Below are positions 10,608-20,000 of a stretch of 20,000 bases of DNA, in pieces. The DNA is from Psammoneis japonica (Eukaryota). A program made the position numbers and the translations under genes. The notes under the pieces were generated by a model that was not told the DNA's origin, made no database searches, and saw only the letters and a program-made list of their open reading frames with translations. The stretch covers positions 307,780 to 327,779 of the forward strand of contig QPGO01000091.1 in assembly GCA_008632985.1 (NCBI GenBank), written 5' to 3'. Each line of letters starts with the position of its first letter. Position 1 is the first letter of the stretch.

Positions 10608-12986
10608 TTCTGCCTTTGTTCCACCCAGACTTATCTCAGCAGACAATTGTTTGTGAAATGCAGTATCCGCTCCGTGATTCCACCACTCCTCGAATTCTTC
10701 AAAACTGACTCGCCCGTTTCGGTTCTCGTCCATTTCTTCGAACGCCTTGCTCAATTCATCATCTTGCATGGGGAATCCCAACACGGATGCAACTTCTCCA
10801 ACTTCGGTACGATCCAAGAAACCGTTTCCATCCGTATCAATAGCCGCAAACAAGTCCTTAATCTCTGTGTAGGTTGCATCTCGCAAGGTGGAGCCGGCCT
10901 TGTTGGGAATACGTCCCGCATAGGATTCCACATACTTTTGCGCCAAAATCTTTTGTTCCGCCTTGACATCTTCCGACCAACCCAGCTCGGTTGCCATAAT
11001 GTCTGCGACATGAGGAATGGCCGCAAGAGCAGCGTCCTTGTTGAGGAACGCCAAACGCGTACGCCGGCTCAACACATCCTCAATGGTGCAGGCGTATTCT
11101 CGACAGGCATACACGACTTCGGCATCAATGTAGGGAAAGTTGGGCGCCAATGGAACACCAAAGCGCGGCCATACCTGATTGGTGGGTTGCGACAGTTCGC
11201 ACACCTCCCATGCCCGACCACCGTAGGTTTTGGCTAAGTGGTTGGCCGTCTCTTGTGCCATGCCGTGTTTTTGAATCAATTGAACAGCCAAGTTTTCTGA
11301 GTCTGCGCAAAAGAAACGAGGAACAGAGAGGGTATATTAGAACAATGGTATACAATGTAATACCATCACGCACATACGTACATCCATCTCCACCAAAGAG
11401 AGTCATGTCGAGCGTTTTGCATTTTGGTCCGTCCGTTCCAACGACACGATCAATCACTTCTTCTGCCATTTCTCTCCACGTCGTCCACTTTCCTCCGGCA
11501 ACAAACAATACATCCGTGTCGGGATTTTCGGAAATAATGTGATCCCTCGACACGGGCGCATCCGGTGGAGCGTGCGGGTCCACCGCCAGCGGTCTCCATC
11601 CCCGCCAAGCACTCAGCACGTCGGATCGGCGCACAAGCAAATCTTTGGACAGGTACTTGCCACACTCGTTCAGTAGCCACTGGACTTCATCCTCGGGTGG
11701 ACTAGGCAGCGTTTCGGCTGGACCCTTTGTGTCGGTCGTTCCCACCAGTGTGTGCTTTTCCCATGGCAAAAAGAAGAGAAAGCGACCATCCGACGTGTTG
11801 TAGTCCAACAGTCCCATCTATTGTGTAGTAAGTAGCAAAGAAAGAAAAGGGAAAAGAAATACGAGAGTAAGCATCAGCTAGTTGCTCCATTTCCTTTGAC
11901 CACGAAACAATTACTTACATCGTTTGGACAGTAGTAACCGGGCAAGACAACATGGGTACCAGACGCACCACGGACCGCGGGTTGCATGTCTTTGGACGGT
12001 TGTTCCATTTTACGCATATCATCCGTAAACGGCCCACCGGCCAATACAATCTTTCTTGCTTTGATTTCAAATTCCTCATTGGACATGCGATCCACCGCCT
12101 TGATACCCACAGCCTTGCCCGTTGTGTCGTCGAGAATCATTTCCGTCATTTCGACATAATTGGCAATCGTGGCTCCCTCCTCGGCTGCCGACAGGGCAAT
12201 GGCAATGTTGGTCCGGGCATCATTGTGTTGAGCCTCGTAAAAGACGGCACAGTACTTGATTTGTCGACCCGACAATTGGGGAAAGGCCAGTTTGGCTTTG
12301 GTCTTGCCCATGCTATAGGACGGGGGACACGTGAAACCCGAGAGCGAATCGTAAAATTTCAAAACAAAAGGTGCCAAAACGGGAAAGAATCCAAACAGGG
12401 CATGGCCAAAGGGCGGTGGACTGACATGCCATGAATCAAAGGGAATGGCAATGGGAACCCAATTGGTCAAGTGCTTTTGCTTTTCCGTCATGTACCGTCG
12501 TTCTCGATGGCAATTGATTACCATTTTCATTTCGCCGTAGAAATCCTTGATGGTATCGATGGGATTGGTAAAGAGTTTGGTGCTGAGTAGAGAGACAGAA
12601 GCGGTAGCCATGTACCGAATACCGGCCCAAATAAGCTTGGTGCTTCTCGAACTTGTTTCCGACGCAAAATCACCTCGTTCAATGCACGCCACCGACAAGC
12701 CACGTGAGGCAGCATCCAGAGCACACCCCGCTCCCGTGGCACCACCACCGACAATTAACACGTCATATTCAACATCCTTCGACTTGAGGCTTTGCAATTG
12801 ATCGGCACGAGATGGCAATCCCTCGGGACCTTCTACAGGCTTGGGATGCGTCGCAACGCCCGTCAGATTCAAGCCGGCATCTCGTGTAGCAGTGGTTGAA
12901 AAGTACGAGACGCACTGCCATTGATTTCTTCTCGAAAACGACACGACTCTTGTGCTATTAAGAACGATACGCCCGTGTCGCAACAT
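10569..12986 (-). CDS. GPD2: Mitochondrial FAD-dependent glycerol-3-phosphate dehydrogenase with two C-terminal EF-hands. Exons 12986-11919, 11817-11382, 11302-10569
   Basis: DVLIVGGGATGAGCALDAASRG, DFASETSSRSTKLIW, LVGTTD, AGGKWTTWREMAE, DVLSRRTRLAFL; EF loops DTDGNGFLDRTE and DENRNGRVSFEE. Arg/Ser-rich presequence. GT-AG introns at 11918-11818 and 11381-11303 keep the frame. Confidence 0.95.
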
Positions 12987-13134
12987 GGTTGGCAAACACA
13001 CAAAACAGAGCTATATGAATACTCTGGACTTGCAAGCAAAGTCCCGGTCGTTTGTTGTTGCCGTTGCCGTTGCCGTTGCGTCGAGAAAAATGAGACGAAT
13101 CACGAATCCTTTCTTCGTTTGCACGTATGTATTG

Positions 13135-14710
13135 TGCTGACGAATTCCGACCGCGCGATCGTCGTCAGAATTCTCGCGCGACGTCATCTCCTTGCCCTGC
13201 ATCCAGTTTGCCTGCTCGTCCTGGCCCACTTGCCAAGGCTCACCTCAGCAGCACAAGAGACAAACTCTCTTTGGCAACAGCAGCCCCTCTGCCAATGGCA
13301 CTTCTGTTGTCAATGCCACCAACCAAGCTGGTGGCCGGCTCCTCCTCCCTTTTGCCTTGTTTCTTTTTGGCCATTTGTGTGGTGGCGCCAGCTGCAACTT
13401 CTGCGCCTTCTTTGTTGGCTCATCTTATGACCTTTCCACTTCTGCTCCTCCTCCTCCTCCTCCTCCTCCCCCCAAGCCACCCTGGGCTGATTCCTCATAA
13501 CCTTCTTTCTCAGCCTGTCAAACATCCCAGCACTTTCTCCAACCAACATCCTGGCCAGAGCCATTGTTGCCTGCTTGCAAAAGCAACTGCTTTCTCCTCT
13601 GGCCGACTCAGATCCTCCCGTCACTCATCCACCCCCTCTGTCTTGGTCTGTGCAGCTCCTCAGTCTCAACTTTGGTTTGGCCTCAGCAAGCCACCCAGTG
13701 CTGCCAGTCAAACTGTCCTCCACACTGACACTCCGCCTCTCTTTGTCCTCTCTCCCCGCCAGTCATCTGCGCACACGTGCTGCCAGAGCCCTCCTTTTTG
13801 CACTGCTGTCCCTTCTAGTCTCCATGGCTGTGACTCCACTGCCACTCATTTCTGTTCAAGAACCCAACTTTCTCACACCTTAAATTCCCCAAATCATCAC
13901 AAAAAAACACCCAAAACATTCCCACGTGGCAGTGGACACACCACACACAAAATCAACCATGTGACAATCACAACATCTTGGCGCCCAGCAATCACAACTC
14001 TGACACCGACATGCTCTCTAGTCCCCACATCAACAGCACAAAGAAAAGATGAGCACATCCACCAAAAAAAGGTGAGCAAAAATGGGGGAAAGTGGGCAAA
14101 CACGGCCTTTTGCCATGTCTTGTGCGCCCAGCCTTCCATGGGGTTGAGTTGTTGCAGCTTTGGTTTGTTGGTGACAGACTGAAGAGTGTGCAACCCGTTG
14201 TTTTCTGGAAAGTCCCCCAAGGAATGTGAAAAAAAGAGGTTGATCTTGTCCTTGGTTGTTGTTGAGTGGCCACTGGGCTTGTTTTGCTTGGTCAACTGGC
14301 GAGTGGAAGCACGGTCGAGCAGCTGCCGGGCTTGTTGTTCGTTGGGCCCAGCACTGGGAGACTCAACAGCCCGCCCTGCTTTCTTCTTTGAAAGTTCACA
14401 TGCAATCATCCACCATGTTGTGTTGGTGTGGCAAAGTTGCGACGTGTTTTGGAGACGCCATGGATGCCACATTTGTGCATGAGTGTGCCACTGGATGCTT
14501 TCAGCCACTCGCGACTCTTCTGGCTGAGGGCAGGGGTCATCCCCCACTTCTTTTTCGCTCGTGTCTCGTGTTTTGCTCCAAAAAGCTCGTGATTCGTGAT
14601 TGTTTCAGATCGACATCTTTTGATCATTACACCGGCACACGGGATCATCATCCATCATTCATCATGGTCGCCATGAACACACACACTGCACGACGTCTCT
14701 TTTTGTCAAC
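13135..14710. other. TpA- and CpG-depleted, TpG/CpA-rich block; probably a heavily mutated repeat or TE relic
   Basis: About 6 TA dinucleotides in ~1575 bp and about 30 CG in 13201-14580. Long overlapping ORFs on both strands are nearly Tyr-free and have no recognisable domain. Confidence 0.7.
13446..13469 (+). repeat. (CTC)n microsatellite
   Basis: ctcctcctcctcctcctcctcctc, about 8 units. Confidence 0.8.
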
Positions 14711-14988
14711 TCTAGGGCCCTCGATATTTTCTGGGTCGGTTGAAAATTCCTGTCGCTGTACTCCTTAACGGTAGTAATCCGTTGGGGTTGAGGATACGAA
14801 TATCTCGCCATGTTGGGAGCGGCCGCAGTACGAGAGAGATAGAGCAATCGACCCACCTAGCCGGCGATTATCTTGTTGAATATACCTCTGCTAAGAGCAG
14901 AGTGGAAATGACGGCTTGCTCTTCTACACCAAAAATTACGACATCATAGCCAAGTATCATTGAACCTCACTCAATTATTTGTACTCGT

Positions 14989-15336
14989 TGTGGGAAAGTA
15001 GCCGGAATTCTAAGATTCGTCTGCACTTTCAGTGATTAAAAGCTGCAATTACGATACAACAATCAATCAGTAACTTTATTGTACCAAAAGTTGAGAGGTG
15101 ATAATCAGTACGTTAGAAAGATTATGAGCAGTTTTTATGAGCAGATGCAGCTGCCATCTAAAGGAAACGCGAAGTTAAACAAGCGCGAAGCTAGGAACAA
15201 ACATCGCATTCGTGACTCGGCTTCCGCGGGGATTCGAGACTGAGCATCGCACACGGGGTTCGAATCTTGGATCTTTGACTTGAATCGTGGAGGTCCGATG
15301 TTGTTGTAAAAACATGCAAATATGAATATTGTCACA
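14989..15336 (-). repeat. 3' LTR (start at 15336 firm; end 14989 tentative, alternative 14811)
   Basis: Begins TGTGACAATA directly after the PPT; AATAAA at 15080-15075. Candidate end ...CTTTCCCACA (TGTG/CACA termini); alternative ...CTCCCAACA at 14811. No second LTR in the window to confirm. Confidence 0.65.
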
Positions 15337-15344
15337 CTCCCTTC
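15337..15344 (-). promoter_or_regulatory. Polypurine tract
   Basis: GAAGGGAG immediately before the LTR TG, about 35 nt after the pol stop. Confidence 0.8.
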
Positions 15345-15379
15345 AACAATGTCGGGTGGAATGATGACTCGAAAACGTC

Positions 15380-18300
15380 TTACCACTTAAGGAGCGATTT
15401 CCTGTGTTTAACGAAGAGATTCTGTGGTAGAGGTTTGGTGAAAATGTCTGCAATCTGATCCGCCGTATCAATTGGTAGGATTGATATGAGACCTTTGCGA
15501 ACATGGTCTTTAAAGTGGTGGAGAGTGAGGTTGAAGTGTTTTGTCCGAGGACGCATCTTAGGCAATCTCGCGATCTCCAATGCTCCAGAATTGTCTTCAA
15601 AAGCCTTACAATGTACGACTGGTGTCTTGGAAGGGACATTATGACCGTGATCCATAAATTCTTGAATGAGGTTCATAATTGGGATGGCGCTTCGAAGACT
15701 TTCCGAAAGAGCGATAAATTCAGCTTCAGTAGTGCTGAGCGCGATCTGAGTCTGTAGCTTGGACGTCCAGACAATCGGACATCCTGCATAGGTGATGACA
15801 AACCCAGTTCGAGATTTGGAAGTGCCGACGTCATCGGGTGCAGTCAGCTTATTCCAATTGCCCACAAAGTCCGCGTCGGCGTGAACTTCAAGGGACTTGT
15901 CCGTTGAGGGCTGTAGTATAATACCTTCAGTTCTGGTTGACCTTAGGTACTTACAGAGCCATAGTACGGCTTCACCGTGAGAAACCTTGGGATCGGAAGA
16001 AAAGCGTGCGACTTGGTGCACCGCGTAAGCGATATCCGGTCGAGTGCTCTTCTCCAGAAAATTGAGCTTGCCGATGATGGATCGGTAATGAAAGCTCCCT
16101 TGGAAAGCAGGCTCACTCATATGCCTGTGGAGGATCTTGGAGGAAGGAGCAGGAGTAGACTTATCTGGTAGTCTCTTTGGAATATTGGCCATCTCCAGTA
16201 TCTGATTGATAAGGTGAGGTTGGGTAAGTTTCATTCTGCCGTCTGGTAGTGTCTCGACGTTGACACCGAGATAGTCGTCCAGAGTGCCTTGATCATCAAT
16301 ATCAAAATTCTCATCTCTGATATCCTGTATCGCCTTGTCAATAGCAGACTTGTCAGGGGATGCAAAGATACCGTCATCGACATAATGAATGAAAATGACA
16401 TTGCACGAAAATACAGGCACTCATCAACCGCCGATTGTACGAAACCAATCCTTAACAATCCATCACGTAAGTGTTCTTGCCATACTCTCCCTGCTTGCTT
16501 TTGTCCATATAAGTTCTTGAGCAACTTCAGAACATGAGTCTTACCATTGCCATATTTTGTTTCAATTCCTGCAGGTAATCCATGTACATATCATATTCGA
16601 TATCGGCATGCGGATACGCCAGAACGAAGTCGACTTGGCGTGTATGCCACTTCTTAAGAATGGCAATGATCAGTAGGAGCCGGATAGTGAACCAGAAGAC
16701 CACGGCAGAGTAGGTCTGGAAGTAGTTGACAGCATACTCTTGCTTTCCGCCGTGCACATTAAGTCGGGACTTCCATTGTAGACGGCTTGGGTCTTAATAT
16801 CTCTTTTGCGCTTCATAGACCATACCGAAGGGAGAACATCAACATCGTCAGGTACGTCCTCTCTTGGAATGAGTATCCAATGTTTCCTTTCAATATGATC
16901 ATTGACCTCCTTAACACAGGCCTTGATAAATTCGTCTCTGTCAGGTTCACGCATAGCCTGATCAAAGTACATGGTGTCGGGGTCCGAGCTCGCCAGAAAA
17001 GAGATAGATGAGTCCATATCGTCCTGCAGTTTGTAATCATCCTCGTGCATCGCATCATAATATGCCTCTGCCTCTGCATTGTAGGAGACAATGCCTTGAG
17101 CCCGTTGTAGTTGGCTCTCGCGCATTCCTTTCGGTCGGGCGTCGTTGTCGGCCGGACCTACTGGTACTGGGCTGACCCATAGTGCGCTGTGGCTCAGATG
17201 GTGCGTCAGAATCATCTGGAGGCGTGTATAGCATTTCGTCATCCGGTTGGGCATTATCAAATGAGTCATCAGTGGTAGACGTATCAGTAGGATGCAGCAG
17301 CTGAGACGGGACATCCGAATTCGGCTCAGGTGGTTCCGTTGTGGTAGGGACTGATCCCTCAACCGGTACGTCACTTGATTTCCCAAAGATGTTGAAAGTA
17401 CTCCTTGTCTTGAGTTGTCTGAAACCTGTAATGCCTTGCCATTGTGAGAATGTAGGAGGATTCCCAGCAGATGGACGAACAGTCTCAAAGAAGTCGTCAA
17501 ATTGTACGTGAAATTGCGGCGATACGAGTCCGGTCTGCAAATTCAAAACCAAGGTAACTGAACCTGCGTGTCTTGTTGATGGTCCCAAATTGATTCCTAA
17601 CCTTGCCCTTGGGTCCCACTTAGGCAGCCTACCTCCTCCCTGCAACCGGTTGTGCAAGGCGTAGACGGGACAGCCGAAGGTATGGTGTTGTTTGAGATTA
17701 GGCTGGACCTTGACGGACGAGAAACGTTCCAGCGGAGAAGAGCCGTCCTCGTGATTCGGTAAGTGATTCTTGATCTCGTTTGAGTTCCTGAGAGCGCTTG
17801 GCCATAAGTTCAACTCAATAGCCGTTGGCCATCTCACTTTTGCATGCAGGAGTTGCTTCCGAGATTGCTCTTGGAGGTCCCTTATTCTTTTCTCCGCGAT
17901 GCCGTTTTGGAAGTGGGCGTTGACCCCACAATAGGATATTGTTTGCTGTTGCTTCTTGACGTCTTGTATGAAAGCATTATCAGCAAATCTTCCATTGTCG
18001 GCGTGGTAGTGTTGAATACGGACGTGCATCCGGCGTGCGAATGCCTCGAAAGCGTGCTTGGCTTCGAGCGTCTCGGCTGAGGTAAGTCCTTTCTGCAAAT
18101 ATATGTATCCCAATCCGCTGAAATGATCAACAAAAATTGTCGCTGCTCGATACCTTTGTTTCGTAGGTCTCCCTTTGAGCTGTGGGATCAATCCAGGAGT
18201 AGGACTCTCGAGCTGGTCGACGGATACGGCTTCTCCAGGCGAAGTTGCCAAGTGGATTCGTCGGTTCCGCTTGGACTTGGAGCGCCATGGTCGTTTCGTC

Positions 18301-19637
18301 ATGGCACCGTATAGGCAGCCGGCACATTTTGGGTTGTGTACCTTTGTAAGGCGTTTCGGTAGAATGCCTAGGGCGGCCAATAGCTTTATCATTTTGAATG
18401 ACATGTGGCCCAGGCGGTAATGCCAACGCAATAGTTCACCCTGGTCATCTGTGGCAGCAAGGGCGTCATCATTTGGTATGATGTTGATGGGTTCCGGTAA
18501 GTCCTGCTGTACCTCCGGTGTCGTGAAATCCCTTAGGTTTTCCTCGTCTGAGTCTGAACGACTTGCTCCGTCTGTTGGCTCAAATAAGACAGGAGCATCC
18601 TCATCAGTAGTGTTGCGTGCGTCTTGCGTCTCGGAAGGACGTGTCTCGGATGGACTTCTGAAGACGTCTGTATCAATTGCAGCCTCGTCATCATTCGCAA
18701 TACTCTCGTCGTCTGGTGGTATGATGTGAGCTTGATAGGCCACGTGCTCGATAGTTTCGATATCGGTTTGTTCTTCGACAGCGGCTGCAAAGGTCCGGTA
18801 TTTGTTGGAACCGGGTGCGGAGCGCATCTTGGCGACGTTAGAGTTGGCGGACCATGGAATCAGGCGATGATACTTGCGTTGATCCCACATGAGTAATAGT
18901 CCGTCGTCCCTAGTCCAAGATACGGTTCCGTGAGGCTCTGGCGTGTGGTCATTAGCTTGCTGGCTCCATTGCTGCGGGCAGAGAAGACAATGAGGTAAGT
19001 CCGGTACGAGTAGCGCGTCTCGAATTTTGATGCTGTGCACTCGTCCCATGTCGTCCTCAATTGCCCACTGCACTGTTCCTTCTCCCTTAGCACGTAAGTA
19101 GCCCTTGACACCGAGTACCACTTTGTTGGATTTGCGAAGAGGACCAATGAAGTGTGCCTCGTCGTTGGACATGGTGCAGGAAGAATGCGAGTCGACACCG
19201 ATTACGAATGAGTCCGAATCGTAAGTGGGCTCCGTTCGCTCGGGACGGTATGGTGTGGTTGAGTTGTACGCTCTAACCGTCTTGTATCGCGTAATGACAT
19301 AGTGAGCCTTCTTGGTGGCCACTCTGGAGCGGTGACCTGGCCTCGTCGACGTATGATACCGTGCGCAGTACCTCGTCGTTGGCCGTCGCTGGTAAGTCTT
19401 AACTCGTCTTGTGCCTAGTTCAGCCAGGATATGTGAGATGACCCACTCACCCAGCGTCATTACGGCATGTGACAGGCGCTTACACTTTTCTGAAGGAAGG
19501 GATAGCATCATGAATAGTAGTATGATCCAGATCGGTGCTGCACATTTCATGACGCCAGCGACCGCTATCAGGAGCACTGACACAGTGACGGCTATCTGCA
19601 AGGACAGCAGCAGTGTCAGAGTGAACCTGTAGAGCAG
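15380..19637 (-). CDS. pol: Copia pol polyprotein (hydrophobic leader, protease, integrase, RT, RNase H); four single-base frameshifts at ~17125, ~16776, ~16578, ~16404
   Basis: Protease IGVDSHSSCTMS; WHYRLGH...CAGC zinc domain; integrase SVDQLES, ADNG, NGIAEKRIR; RT SVWSMKRKR, RLNVHGGKQ, QVDFVLAY, LYGQKQAG, HYVDDGIF; RNase H ADADFVG, STTEAEFIALS, EDNSGA, DQIADIFTKPL. Confidence 0.93.
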
Positions 19638-20000
19638 TCACTCTTGATCCACTTCGTTTAGGATGGTAGAGATAGCACTTGCGAAGGAGACTTTCTTGTC
19701 CGACGTGTCTGTGGATGGAGCAGACTGTTGCTTGCGGAGTCTACAGCCTTGGTTGCCCGGATCATCAGGTAAGTGTATGACCCAAGCAGTGTGATATGGG
19801 CACCAGTGATAGTCGCGATTGTTGACGCGCTTGTGATAGTACTGATGACCGTTCACTGTCTTCTTAGGAGCGTCCTCCTTAGGCGGGACTTTCTTCCAGG
19901 CTTCGTCCGCTTTCTGTCTCTGACGTGGAGTGGTCTTGGTCTTCCTTGACCGTGTGCTTCTTTCCTTGGTTGAACCAGCCTTGGCCTTCAAAGCTTTAGA
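19638..20000 (-). CDS. gag: Copia gag, C-terminal part (open to the window edge)
   Basis: Basic region, AWKKVPPK, then a Cys/His knuckle YHWCPYHTAWVIH...C and an acidic end NEVDQE-TGA directly upstream of pol. Confidence 0.8.
   Translation of the reverse strand, partial: SKALKAKAGSTKERSTRSRKTKTTPRQRQKADEAWKKVPPKEDAPKKTVNGHQYYHKRVNNRDYHWCPYHTAWVIHLPDDPGNQGCRLRKQQSAPSTDTSDKKVSFASAISTILNEVDQE

Larger units (their letters stand above)
14989..20000 (-). mobile_element. Ty1/Copia LTR retrotransposon (CoDi-like); 5' LTR and most of gag lie outside the window
   Basis: Domain order gag, protease, integrase, RT, RNase H, then polypurine tract and an LTR starting TG. Confidence 0.95.

Noticed and set aside
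10488..12801. Plus-strand ORFs (249, 130, 160 aa) over GPDH, and similar antisense ORFs over LeuRS, SNF2 and pol
   Set aside because: Shadow ORFs of well-supported genes on the opposite strand, with no motifs of their own.
13127..14768. Long ORFs of 351, 216 and 170 aa as real genes
   Set aside because: They overlap on both strands, have no domains and almost no Tyr; this is expected from TpA depletion removing TAA/TAG stops.
14790..14820. CA followed by TGGCGAG on the minus strand as a primer-binding site of a tandem element
   Set aside because: No recognisable gag follows and I cannot verify tRNA complementarity; kept only as an alternative LTR end.
3100..17125. About eight frameshifts (PLC-lectin, acyltransferase x2, SNF2, pol x4) as programmed frameshifting or pseudogenisation
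   Set aside because: They are single-base indels, mostly in short base runs, across unrelated genes with no accompanying nonsense mutations, and an N is present at 4080. Assembly error is the simplest explanation, though reads are needed to confirm.
19638..19640. UGA decoded as selenocysteine
   Set aside because: No redox motif around the codon and no recognisable eukaryotic SECIS; generic readthrough fits better.

Overview
Eukaryotic nuclear DNA, very probably a diatom: short GT-AG introns, an ASAF-type plastid presequence and a CoDi-like Copia element. Left to right: (1) 5' part of an organellar leucyl-tRNA synthetase (minus, 3 introns, runs off the window); (2) a secreted PLC-like phosphodiesterase fused to a bulb-type lectin; (3) a ~207-nt fold-back with G-U-biased pairing; (4) an HXXXD acyltransferase; (5) an intronless RAD5/HLTF-like SNF2-RING helicase lying between two diverged ~740-bp direct repeats; (6) mitochondrial FAD glycerol-3-phosphate dehydrogenase with EF-hands (minus, 2 introns); (7) a ~1.6-kb block almost free of TpA and poor in CpG; (8) a young Ty1/Copia element, truncated at the window edge. 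In the Copia, gag and pol are in one frame separated by a single UGA-C at the base of an 86-nt hairpin, followed by a hydrophobic segment. The best leads are this probable gag-pol readthrough signal, the TpA+CpG-erased block, the duplication-flanked SNF2 cassette and the structured intergenic element. About eight single-base frameshifts are probably assembly errors. All counts were made by eye.
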